Positions 9,756-18,338 of a stretch of 43,945 nt of DNA are shown piece after piece; within the stretch, counting starts at the first letter, position 1; every line of letters starts with the position of its first letter. Both the position numbers and the translations under genes were made by a program. This DNA comes from Escherichia phage vB_EcoS_PNS1: sequence record NC_073063.1, one strand, 5' to 3'. The notes under the pieces are model-generated. The model saw only the letters and a list, made by a program, of their open reading frames with translations, was not told the DNA's origin and searched no databases.

Positions 9756-9998
9756 TTAATAATCAATGACGCAGTTTGAAGGCGAACCAATCCTTCGGTG
9801 TTCGTGGCTAATCTCCTGGCACCACTGACCCGTATAAGGTAGCTTTTCGGTATCGTAAACCAAAGACCCGTCTTCATGTCGCTCAATAGGCTGAGGTATT
9901 ACACCCGAATTTGGAACGCCTGTGTTTACGCCATTGCCACATGCTGTCATCAGAAGGCACGCCGCGGGTATTATCAGATTTTTGATTAAAGTTTTCAT
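9756..9998 (-). CDS. small lipoprotein, candidate Cor/Llp-like superinfection exclusion protein
   Basis: Internal ATG at 9998 with GGAG RBS gives 80 aa starting MKTLIKNLIIPAACLLMTAC (signal peptide plus lipobox-like Cys); sits between J and tail fiber genes. Confidence 0.55.
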   Translation of the reverse strand: MKTLIKNLIIPAACLLMTACGNGVNTGVPNSGVIPQPIERHEDGSLVYDTEKLPYTGQWCQEISHEHRRIGSPSNCVIDY

Positions 9999-10078
9999 GG
10001 TATAATCTCCGGTATTGGGTTGAGTTTTAGTATTACACCGCTCAATCAAGAATGCAACCAATTTAAGAGGATTTAGCT

Positions 10079-11581
10079 ATGGCAGCGGGTACGCTCTCTG
10101 TAACGAATAACAGCAAGGCGGTTGTCGGGGTAGGCACGGCGTTTACCTCGTTTACAGCTGGCGACTTCTTAACGCTGGTGGTGGGGCAAGTGCCCTACAC
10201 TGTTGCGATCGCGTCCGTCGAAAGCGACACCGCGCTTACGCTTGTGCTGCCGTTCGACGGCCCAACGGCAACGGGACTCGCCTGGGACGGCATCAAACGT
10301 GACACCATGTCACTTGCAACGATGGGCGTGACCGTCCAGGCGCAGAAAGCGCTACGCTTGATGATGGCGGATGAAAACAACTGGCGTGCAATCTTCGGCG
10401 ACGCTGAAGAAATCACCGTTACGCTGCCCAGCGGGCAAGTTATGCAGGGTATGTCATGGGGCTACCTGTCATCCTTGCTGAAGGACGTTGACCCCGTTGA
10501 GATGCGCAACCTGCAACAACAAGCCACCGCATCTGAAGCCGCAGCGCAGGGATTTCGCGATCAGGCCGAGGAGTGGGCGAAAAGCGTAAATGCGGATAAT
10601 CTGCTAACAAAATCCGGCAACCTGGCGGGCCTGGCTGACCAATCGGCGGCACGCGTCAATCTCGGTCTTGACCGCCTCGAGCAGTCTACATATGACACTA
10701 GACTTTTTGACGCTTCAGGCGGCTATTACTTCTTTATTGCAGATTCTGATTGGGGGTGTGTCCATAATACTGCCCCGGATTATCCACGCATTGCGTTACC
10801 AGTAGCCAGTGGTGGAACTGGGGGAACAACAGAGTATTCAGCGTGTCAAAATCTACGTGCGCTCAACTGTGCCTATGATATCAACACAAATTACGGTTCT
10901 GAACAATTGTATACAGGTATCGGATTTTACGGCCGAGATGTGTCACCGCAGCCTGGGGGTGACGGCGGGCCTTTCGGCTGGGCCGAGATTATGACAATTG
11001 CGGAGGGGGGTGGTGGCCCTGGATCGGTGGGTAACTGGTCACAGATCGGTTTTTCCACTGCCGCCTCACAGGCCCCGCGCTACCGTCAACGCATAGCCAA
11101 CCCGGGGCAGGTTACTAACTGGCGGGATTTCTTAATTCGTGACCTAAACACCACTGTTGACAGCAACGGTTTTATTAAAATCGCATCCCCTATTGTGAAA
11201 ATCAAAGGTGACGGGACCGCAGAGTTTAACGACGAGTCCGAAGGTTGCTCTGTAACACGGGTGTCCAAAGGTGTTTATGTAATATCGGGTTGTCTGGGCC
11301 TCAATTCCGACGCGTCATGGGGCGGGGTCAATGGCGGCTTTGAGATACCGGTAGATGTAAACAAGCAACCTTTGTTGTGGCTGGATTATGAAGTATTGGA
11401 TGAGGGAAGTATTGAGATTCGCACCTACCACCGCACGCATACTAACGCGCCTAAGTTCGCGAGAAATATTATTGACGGTATCGAAGACGGCGATCCGATA
11501 GATATCCCACCAAGCACCTACATCTCTGTTAGGGTGCAAATGCCCACAACAGGATTGGAAACAGCCACGAGTAGTGCGTAG
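10079..11581 (+). CDS. tail fiber protein
   Basis: 500 aa Gly/Ser/Thr-rich protein downstream of J module; RBS agagga. Confidence 0.7.
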   Translation: MAAGTLSVTNNSKAVVGVGTAFTSFTAGDFLTLVVGQVPYTVAIASVESDTALTLVLPFDGPTATGLAWDGIKRDTMSLATMGVTVQAQKALRLMMADENNWRAIFGDAEEITVTLPSGQVMQGMSWGYLSSLLKDVDPVEMRNLQQQATASEAAAQGFRDQAEEWAKSVNADNLLTKSGNLAGLADQSAARVNLGLDRLEQSTYDTRLFDASGGYYFFIADSDWGCVHNTAPDYPRIALPVASGGTGGTTEYSACQNLRALNCAYDINTNYGSEQLYTGIGFYGRDVSPQPGGDGGPFGWAEIMTIAEGGGGPGSVGNWSQIGFSTAASQAPRYRQRIANPGQVTNWRDFLIRDLNTTVDSNGFIKIASPIVKIKGDGTAEFNDESEGCSVTRVSKGVYVISGCLGLNSDASWGGVNGGFEIPVDVNKQPLLWLDYEVLDEGSIEIRTYHRTHTNAPKFARNIIDGIEDGDPIDIPPSTYISVRVQMPTTGLETATSSA

Positions 11582-11587
11582 CGCTGG

Positions 11588-11618
11588 AAAAAGGGCCATA
11601 AGGCCCTTTTTTTTTTTT
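11588..11618. terminator. bidirectional rho-independent terminator between convergent operons
   Basis: Stem aaagggcc/ggcccttt flanked by A-run and an 11-nt T-run. Confidence 0.6.
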
Positions 11619-12192
11619 AGTTTGAGTTTTCCCAGTCCATTTTTCGCCGCACCAGTGGGCTTTCGTAATATTCCTTACCTTCAACTTCCACTAAAGGCCA
11701 ATCGTTCACGATCACGTATGGCTCTGCTATATCCTCAATAACACCGTGCGCGCTATGCTGCCCGAACGACACACCGACCAGAATAACACCGGCAACTCGA
11801 CGAGCAAGATACTCGCGAGCGCAACGTGCCTCGACCAGTCCTCGACGGATGCCGCTGGTGGCCTTAACCTCGTAGGCCCATACGGCATCGACCACATGCT
11901 CGCGGAAGTCGGGACCGGACTTCACCTTGCGCTTTCCAACCATGATAATATCGCCGCGGTCAATGGTGTTGGCACTAAACAGGCCGGTACGCATCAGTAA
12001 GCCTTGCGGGATACAACTACGCCCGCCAGCCTGACCCTCAAGGTACATTCCTGCAAACATCTCGCCCAGCACACCGACAAGACGGCTTTGCTTGCACGCG
12101 TCAGACTTTAGGCGCCACTGGTCAAACTCGATGCTTGCTATCATTGCCGCCAGATGGAATTGTTTACCTGATATTTCATATTCGCCGTACAT
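11617..12192 (-). CDS. hypothetical protein, possible PD-(D/E)XK-type nuclease
   Basis: 191 aa; GPD...x13...EVK arrangement resembles PD-(D/E)XK core; GAGGA RBS; last gene of minus-strand operon. Confidence 0.35.
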   Translation of the reverse strand: MYGEYEISGKQFHLAAMIASIEFDQWRLKSDACKQSRLVGVLGEMFAGMYLEGQAGGRSCIPQGLLMRTGLFSANTIDRGDIIMVGKRKVKSGPDFREHVVDAVWAYEVKATSGIRRGLVEARCAREYLARRVAGVILVGVSFGQHSAHGVIEDIAEPYVIVNDWPLVEVEGKEYYESPLVRRKMDWENSN

Positions 12193-12234
12193 CGTGTGGT
12201 CCTCATTGATGCGGGCCGAAGCCCGCGATTAGAA

Positions 12235-12726
12235 TTATTTCAGTGCGCCAGTCACCAGTGTTTTTTCCATGTTACGGAAGTCTTCCGGCGTAATAAGTAT
12301 TTTGGACCCATCTTCGCCGGTGAGCACGACCATAGGCTGGACGTCCTGGTCTACGACGCCGAAATTGGCGGCTTTGACAGTCTTGCCCGCGGAAGAATGC
12401 AAGCCTTTTAGGCTACCGTATTGCGCTGCCGTTGTATCGATCTGAATATCGTCATGCACTGTCATGTAAGACTCGCCCAGCAAGGCCGCATACGCTACCA
12501 GGTCGACGATGTTATCTTCCTGGTGCTTACGGTGCTGGCGCACCAGCTTCAGGCAGATCAGGAATGTCCAGGCTTCTTGCTCGGTAAGATCGCGCCCGGT
12601 AAGCGCGTTAAACACGGCGGCGATCTGTTTAGCGCTGCGTTCTTCTTTCGCGTTGTCATAGCCGTTTTCTTTCCCGCGCTGTTCCATAGTGGTGGCGGCG
12701 TTTTTGCAGTATTCGTATGCTTTCAT
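12235..12726 (-). CDS. hypothetical protein
   Basis: ATG at 12726 with AAGGA RBS; 163 aa; the ORF-track start at 12885 has no RBS and overlaps the upstream gene. Confidence 0.5.
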   Translation of the reverse strand: MKAYEYCKNAATTMEQRGKENGYDNAKEERSAKQIAAVFNALTGRDLTEQEAWTFLICLKLVRQHRKHQEDNIVDLVAYAALLGESYMTVHDDIQIDTTAAQYGSLKGLHSSAGKTVKAANFGVVDQDVQPMVVLTGEDGSKILITPEDFRNMEKTLVTGALK

Positions 12727-12778
12727 TATGTTTTCCTTTTTAGTGGGGGCGGTATTGCCCCCGACGTGATTAAGATAC

Positions 12779-12800
12779 TGCAACCAACCTATTGGTTGCA
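12779..12800. promoter_or_regulatory. palindromic operator-like site TGCAACCAA-N4-TTGGTTGCA
   Basis: Inverted repeat with 9-bp arms, upstream of the minus-strand gene starting at 12726. Confidence 0.4.
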
Positions 12801-13259
12801 AGTATATTTTGCAACGTTTATTGCGTAAATTTTCGGGACCAGATCGCCGCACGCCAGACGAATTGCCGCGATGTTCTTCTCGCAATCTTCAATGATGACC
12901 AGTTCCGACACGTCAGCATAGCAGACCATTTTGAACACGGCGCACGCTTTAAACTCTGGCGGCGGGGTGTCGTCCAGCATGTGGCGCATAAACAACCGCC
13001 CTGTCGGGAATACTTCCAGTTGCTCGGCGGTGGTGTCCCAACATTCTAGCTGCCGGTTTGTCAGATACGCGATCTCGAAGCCTTGCTCTTTGTACATGCG
13101 CAACAGCGGCAGCATATCCATGTTCAGGTCTTCGCGGACGTGCGCCTTGTGCCACTTCGCCCAAAAGGTGGATTTAGTTTTTATCCCCGGCACCAGGTCG
13201 GCGCGCGCATCGCTTGATCCATTAATAACGCCATCCAGGTCACAAATCAGTAATTTCAT
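12789..13259 (-). CDS. HAD-superfamily phosphatase / 5-prime nucleotidase-like
   Basis: N-terminal ICDLDGVI matches HAD motif I (DxDG); GAGGA RBS; translationally coupled to upstream gene. Confidence 0.7.
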   Translation of the reverse strand: MKLLICDLDGVINGSSDARADLVPGIKTKSTFWAKWHKAHVREDLNMDMLPLLRMYKEQGFEIAYLTNRQLECWDTTAEQLEVFPTGRLFMRHMLDDTPPPEFKACAVFKMVCYADVSELVIIEDCEKNIAAIRLACGDLVPKIYAINVAKYTCNQ

Positions 13260-13480
13260 TTCAATTCCTCAATCAAATTTGCACGAACAATACGGGCGGA
13301 AGACGTGTAACACACTAGATGCCAACGGGCGGTCATTACGAGCCAGCCGGTAAGATCCATCCCAAGCAATTGCTCGGGGCGGATAACGCGACGTACTTTA
13401 TTCTCCCTCAGGTTGATTTGGTAACGTTTAACAATTTCGTCCACGACGCGCAGACTGCGGTCAACGATTAAGATATTCAT
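13256..13480 (-). CDS. hypothetical protein
   Basis: Small ORF coupled (ATGA overlap) to the HAD gene; start taken at first ATG. Confidence 0.4.
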   Translation of the reverse strand: MNILIVDRSLRVVDEIVKRYQINLRENKVRRVIRPEQLLGMDLTGWLVMTARWHLVCYTSSARIVRANLIEELK

Positions 13481-13946
13481 GTAGCTCACTCTCGCTCATT
13501 ATTTCAATTTGTGCGCTGCCGATTGGTGGCGCTTCGTCAAAGATTATCAATTGCTGGCACTTGTTATTGCTCGGCCCGACTTCACCGGTGACCGCATGGA
13601 TGAATCGTACACGCCAGTCCAGAAGAATTATCAGGTTTGCAGTCTTCCGGGCCAACTTCGCCCACTTCGTCGACGTGTCCTGATTCAGTAGCATGACAGT
13701 CCGGCGTCCGTGCGCTGCACACTCGACCCACGGCAGCGGATCGGAATACGGCGGATTGCACCACTTCCACCCTTTCAACTCTGACCAGTCCACTTCAAGC
13801 GCGCTGTGATCTGCCGTGAAATAACGCGGTAGCAGATGGTTGGCGTCGCTTGCCGCCATGTCATAACGGAATCGGTACTTCCGGCGCAGCGGTTTAAATA
13901 AAGCTGGCGGCGTGCGCCAGCTATCTTTTTGCTCACTCTTCTGCAT
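13461..13946 (-). CDS. dam: DNA N6-adenine methyltransferase (phage Dam family)
   Basis: 161 aa with WRTPP...CNPPYSD (NPPY catalytic motif), typical of small phage Dam methylases. Confidence 0.85.
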   Translation of the reverse strand: MQKSEQKDSWRTPPALFKPLRRKYRFRYDMAASDANHLLPRYFTADHSALEVDWSELKGWKWCNPPYSDPLPWVECAAHGRRTVMLLNQDTSTKWAKLARKTANLIILLDWRVRFIHAVTGEVGPSNNKCQQLIIFDEAPPIGSAQIEIMSESELHEYLNR

Positions 13947-14397
13947 GACCTGGATCTATCGCGTATAAAGGGACTTTATTGCCGGTTTTCATAACGCGTT
14001 GGACGCGCTTCGACTCCTCGGCGCTCATTGGGCGCATATCAGTGCTGTAACCACCGTTTGATGTATGCCGCCACGCCATAAGCACCAGGTCTTTCCGGTC
14101 AATCTTAGACTGGCGGCCCTTCGGACGGACGTACTCCTCGGCCAGTTTGCAATGCTCGCGCAGACCTTCGGCAGTGATGCGGTTTAGCGCGACGGTGGTT
14201 GTGTACCCGGTGCGCTGCATAATACCCATCAACTCATACAGCAGTTCGAAGCGCTCCTCTAACTCCTTGCGCATCTTTTCCTCGCCTTCATAGCTCGCCA
14301 TGTAGGTATCCGCCAGCGCGTTCGCCCGTTCGACCTGTTCGCGGGCTTCGAGGCATTGCGCGGCCCAGTAATTTTTCTCTTCTTGTAAAATTTTCAT
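13933..14397 (-). CDS. hypothetical protein
   Basis: 154 aa, GGAGA RBS; hairpin plus T-run lies in its 5-prime leader (14412-14437). Confidence 0.5.
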   Translation of the reverse strand: MKILQEEKNYWAAQCLEAREQVERANALADTYMASYEGEEKMRKELEERFELLYELMGIMQRTGYTTTVALNRITAEGLREHCKLAEEYVRPKGRQSKIDRKDLVLMAWRHTSNGGYSTDMRPMSAEESKRVQRVMKTGNKVPLYAIDPGHAEE

Positions 14398-14478
14398 CGT
14401 GTTGTCTCCAGGTATTAAAAAAGGCGTCCAAACCGGACACCCTTAAGATAATGCAACCAATATTATTATGCAACCAAT

Positions 14479-14802
14479 TTACGCATAAAAATTTGGGTCG
14501 CGTGCAACGTCTACCAGGTAAAGGTTGCTTATGCGGTTGCCGTAGTGGCCTGGTGTGCGCTGACGGCACACAACGGCGAAGCCTGGAGGGATTGTATTGC
14601 CCGTCTCTATAATCCACGCCACGCGTGCGCCGGATAGCGTCTTGCCGTTGTACTCGATACGTGTTCCGCCGTCGGCAGTGTTAAGGTTGCCAATCTTGCT
14701 ACCGGTAGACTTCAGGCGTATAACGCCCGTTTTGCTGTCATAGGTGAATAGCTGATTGGTCATTGCCACTGAAAAGTCGATGGCGTCGAATGCAGTATTC
14801 AT
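14479..14802 (-). CDS. HNH_3/NUMOD4-like homing endonuclease homolog, degenerate active site
   Basis: Pattern F-YD..TG.L..KS.G...IEYNGK...ARVAW...TG..P.GF...GNRISNLYL matches HNH_3 layout but His positions are replaced (ARVAW, VCRQR). Confidence 0.5.
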   Translation of the reverse strand: MNTAFDAIDFSVAMTNQLFTYDSKTGVIRLKSTGSKIGNLNTADGGTRIEYNGKTLSGARVAWIIETGNTIPPGFAVVCRQRTPGHYGNRISNLYLVDVARDPNFYA

Positions 14803-15494
14803 TTTAAATTTTCCTCGTTAACCGCTATCGCGAAGCCGCGCGGAGTGAGTGAGCGGATTAATTTTGTACGAGCGGATTTACCACCGAGGCGACTATACTG
14901 TTTCGAGTACCCTTTTTCAACGAAAACAGGTTTCTTCTCTGGCATACGGAAGCCGTTGCCGGTCCATAAGCAAGTCAGCTTCGGATATGAATCGCGGGCG
15001 TTGATGTATTCCGGGAAGAGCGGGTGTACGTCATCCTCCGGCAGATACCCCCCATACTCCCACGGGTCGAACGAGTGATCCGGCTTGCGCCACTGGGTGG
15101 AAAGCACACTGCGCGGATTCTCAATCATATATGGCACTTCGAAGAAGTCACCCAGGTAAGCGGCGATCTTCGCGGTGCGCACCGCCTTAAGCTGAAAGGC
15201 GGGGTCTTTTGCACGTTTGCGAGGGAAAGCTGGCGCGCCGCTCACTGCCAGATCCGTACACGGAGGGAACGCATAGATTATATCCGGCGTACCGAAATCG
15301 CCATTCATCGCGCGGTCCACAAAGTCCATATCGATAAACTCATTGCGATATCGGATTCCACGACCATAAATCCGGTAGTCAAGGTATGATCCGTGATCGG
15401 CTTCGGAGTAGTTGAAGCAATAACACTTATGCCCCATCTCGGCAGCACGCTCAATCATCAAGCCGCTGCCGTCAAATAATGACCAGATAATCAT
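14799..15494 (-). CDS. DNA (cytosine-5)-methyltransferase-like protein
   Basis: LFDGSG (motif I-like), FPPCTDLAVSG (PC motif IV-like), ENP (motif VI-like); short at 231 aa. Confidence 0.55.
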   Translation of the reverse strand: MIIWSLFDGSGLMIERAAEMGHKCYCFNYSEADHGSYLDYRIYGRGIRYRNEFIDMDFVDRAMNGDFGTPDIIYAFPPCTDLAVSGAPAFPRKRAKDPAFQLKAVRTAKIAAYLGDFFEVPYMIENPRSVLSTQWRKPDHSFDPWEYGGYLPEDDVHPLFPEYINARDSYPKLTCLWTGNGFRMPEKKPVFVEKGYSKQYSRLGGKSARTKLIRSLTPRGFAIAVNEENLK

Positions 15495-16915
15495 TTGCGC
15501 GCCTTTTTAGCTTTCATGTATTCCATTAAATCGTCCTGAATGTCTCGCTTACTGTCGCGTCGCTCCGCGACCAGCTCGTCCAGTGTGCCGCGCGCCTGGA
15601 TAATGTAGACGAATACGGGACGAGGGTGTCCGGCTTGCATCTGGCGAACTGGCCCGATACGCTCCACGATCTGCGCAAAGTGCTCATAGTTCCAGGTGTC
15701 TGAGAAGATAGCAAGGTGGTGTCCCCCATCCTGCAAGTTAAGGCCGTGACCCGCCGATGCCGGGTGCGCAAACATGATGGGGATCTCGCCCCTGTTCCAC
15801 GCTTCCATATCCTTATTTCCTTGCTTTCCCTTACCCATCGCGACGCCGTGCGGGAATTTCTTCTTAAGACGTGCCAAGTCATGCTTGTACTGGTACGCGA
15901 CGAGCAACGGTGCGCCGTTCAACTCCTCCACGATACTTTCCAGCGCGTCCAGTTTAGCGTCGTGGATTTTCACCCATTCGTCGGTGCGCTCGCCGTCTTC
16001 GTCGACTTTATACACGGCCCCGGAAGCAAGCTGAAGGCACTTAATAGTCTTCGACGCAGCGTTCGCCGCCTCCACAGTTCCGCTTTCCAGTTCGGCAAAT
16101 AGCTCCGCTTCGAACTGGTCATAAATCTTGCGGGCTTTCTTCGGCAGGTCCACAACAACCGGCGTATAGATCGGCTTGTCACATCCGAAGTATTCAGCCG
16201 CATCAACGGTTAGCGACACGTCGGACAGGCGTTGTTGGATTTCTTTCTCGGAGTTCTTAAGCGGGGCGTGCTGCGTAATGAAGCTGCCAGGCTTAACAGG
16301 CTTGCTAATAAACCAGCGGTCCGTGAATGCCTTATAGCTACTGCCGAGGCGTTCTCCGCCGTCGACAAACCACGTCTGCCCCCACAGGTCTTTCAATCCG
16401 TTTGGCGCGGGTGTGCCGGTAAGGTTAATCCAGCGCTTGACGTGCTTATGTGCGATCGCTGCCAGCGCACGGGCGCGCTTACTTCCCTGCTTGCTTCGAT
16501 AGCCTTTCAGCTTAGTCGATTCATCGGCAACCACGACCGTAAAGGGCCATTCGTCGCCGCAATACTCGACGAGCCACTCAACCACATCATAGTTAACACA
16601 AACCACGTTAGCGACGCTCTCAAGCGCAGCGATGCGGTCCTTCTCCGACCCGGTGCCGTCTACTACCAGCAGGGCGGGGAAGCGCCATTTTTCCTGTTCC
16701 GGGGGCCATGTGCCAGATGCAACGCGCAGCGGGGCCAGCACCAGTACGCGGTCCTCCTGGTTGGACAGGATGCCGGTCTGGAACATTTTATTCAGCGCCC
16801 ACAGGGTCGCGCCAGTTTTACCCGACCCCATTGTCGCCCATATATTGCATCGCTTATGCTTGAGGATGAACGCGGTTATCAACTTCTGATATTCGCGACG
16901 TCGGAAACGTGCCAT
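15491..16915 (-). CDS. superfamily II DNA helicase
   Basis: Walker A MGSGKTG and DExx box VVADES; start at internal ATG 16915 (474 aa), coupled to upstream small gene. Confidence 0.85.
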   Translation of the reverse strand: MARFRRREYQKLITAFILKHKRCNIWATMGSGKTGATLWALNKMFQTGILSNQEDRVLVLAPLRVASGTWPPEQEKWRFPALLVVDGTGSEKDRIAALESVANVVCVNYDVVEWLVEYCGDEWPFTVVVADESTKLKGYRSKQGSKRARALAAIAHKHVKRWINLTGTPAPNGLKDLWGQTWFVDGGERLGSSYKAFTDRWFISKPVKPGSFITQHAPLKNSEKEIQQRLSDVSLTVDAAEYFGCDKPIYTPVVVDLPKKARKIYDQFEAELFAELESGTVEAANAASKTIKCLQLASGAVYKVDEDGERTDEWVKIHDAKLDALESIVEELNGAPLLVAYQYKHDLARLKKKFPHGVAMGKGKQGNKDMEAWNRGEIPIMFAHPASAGHGLNLQDGGHHLAIFSDTWNYEHFAQIVERIGPVRQMQAGHPRPVFVYIIQARGTLDELVAERRDSKRDIQDDLMEYMKAKKARK

Positions 16916-16919
16916 ATCT

Positions 16920-17138
16920 TTATTCCGCCTTTTTCCAGACTTCGGTTTCACTGTTCCAGTTCCTTTTTGTGGCGTCGTAGTTGGTGCTGTACCCGATGTG
17001 TACACCCGTCGCCCGGAAGCTCTTAAATTTTTGCCAGCACACCGTCAACGGCAGCGGGTAATTCATGCCCGCGATAAACCATACGCGATCGCCAGGTTTG
17101 CATTCGCCCAGTGTGGTGAGTCGGTAGTGTTCTTTCAT
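16920..17138 (-). CDS. hypothetical protein
   Basis: 73 aa from ATG 17138 with GGAGA RBS; preceded by hairpin ggcgggc/gcccgcc containing a GCGGGACA half-site. Confidence 0.4.
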   Translation of the reverse strand: MKEHYRLTTLGECKPGDRVWFIAGMNYPLPLTVCWQKFKSFRATGVHIGYSTNYDATKRNWNSETEVWKKAE

Positions 17139-17181
17139 CGTCATGTCTCCCAAAAATGGCGGGACAAGCCCGCCGTATTAA

Positions 17182-17355
17182 TTATTCTTGCGCTGCGCGG
17201 TAGCGGCGCTGCCGTTCGCGCTCTTTCTTATTGCGGCATGATTTGCACTCGGCTCGATACCCGTCTGGACTGCGCGCAGTCTTACCGGTGTATTTGTGGA
17301 ACTGGGATAGCGGCTTGACGCAGCCGCAATTACTGCAGCGTTTTTCTTCAATCAT
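17182..17355 (-). CDS. small zinc-ribbon protein
   Basis: 57 aa from ATG 17355 with GAGGA RBS; CxxC...CxxC; similar to N-terminal repeats of the HNH endonuclease at 17671..18273. Confidence 0.45.
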   Translation of the reverse strand: MIEEKRCSNCGCVKPLSQFHKYTGKTARSPDGYRAECKSCRNKKERERQRRYRAAQE

Positions 17356-17395
17356 CTCTAAAATCCTCGATATGGCTAACCGGCACACTATACCG

Positions 17396-17674
17396 CTACG
17401 CGACCAATTCAGCAACCAATAAATCACAGTCGGCTATGTTGTCGATAACGCGAACGTCAGCACCGCGGCGGGCCATTCTCTCATGCTCACGTACCTGGTG
17501 CGGCTTCGGTTTTCCTCCTTGGCGCTTCACTTCGACGAACACTATTTTGCCGTTGATGATAATAATCAGGTCGGGCGCACCCGCGCGCCCCTCCCATGCC
17601 AGTTTTCGGCAGAATCCGCCGACCTCTTTCACCCGTTTCATCAGGTGACTTTGAATCTTGCCTTCTGGTGTCAT
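17396..17674 (-). CDS. VRR-NUC domain nuclease
   Basis: 92 aa from ATG 17674; D...EVK PD-(D/E)XK core in a VRR-NUC-sized protein; AAGGA RBS. Confidence 0.75.
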   Translation of the reverse strand: MTPEGKIQSHLMKRVKEVGGFCRKLAWEGRAGAPDLIIIINGKIVFVEVKRQGGKPKPHQVREHERMARRGADVRVIDNIADCDLLVAELVA

Positions 17675-18273
17675 TGTCGGCTTTTCCTTACGGCGGCGAT
17701 GGCAGGTCCGATAAACTTCTTCATTTCGTCCGGGGTAAACCGATCCCCGCGGGCTATGTTGCACTCTACGCAGCACGGCACGCAGTTATCTTTCGTATGG
17801 CCTACTGCGTTGTCGAGTCGGTCCGCGCCATTGTCGCCGGTGAATCCGCAGTATGCGCACGGCTGAGAAGTAAGGCGCAGCACGTCCTCTGTAGTAAGGT
17901 CGGTGTTTAGCCCCTTCCTTTCGTCTGCCTTACGGTACTGAAAGAGTTTATAGTAAGCGCGGATCTCTGGTGTCCGGTGGTTGTACTCACGGCGTGACTT
18001 ATTAGCGCACGATCGGCATTCTTTACGAATATGCGACCCGTTTGCTTGGCTTCCGGGCCGGAAGTTTTCCGGCGTGAGCGGCTTGCGCTCACCGCACGTA
18101 CGACATGTTACGACCTCCCCGGTGTACTCTCGCCATACTTCTCTCGGCGGCGCGCCTCTTTCCTTATCCCGTCTCTCTTTCTTATATGCCGCCATGCATT
18201 TGGCGCACCACGACTGGCCCTTGTTGAAAGCGGACTCATCTTTACCCGTATTACAACGCCCACAATGTTTCAT
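17671..18273 (-). CDS. HNH homing endonuclease with N-terminal zinc-ribbon repeats
   Basis: C-terminal CAYCG...DRLDN...GH...N...CVPCCVECN HNH-type motif; several CxxC pairs N-terminally; start at ATG 18273 with GAGGTG RBS. Confidence 0.75.
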   Translation of the reverse strand: MKHCGRCNTGKDESAFNKGQSWCAKCMAAYKKERRDKERGAPPREVWREYTGEVVTCRTCGERKPLTPENFRPGSQANGSHIRKECRSCANKSRREYNHRTPEIRAYYKLFQYRKADERKGLNTDLTTEDVLRLTSQPCAYCGFTGDNGADRLDNAVGHTKDNCVPCCVECNIARGDRFTPDEMKKFIGPAIAAVRKSRQ

Positions 18274-18338
18274 ATACACCTCGAAAAAGAAAACGTCAGA
18301 CAATATGCCTGACGTTTCCGCTAAAAGCAACATTTCCG

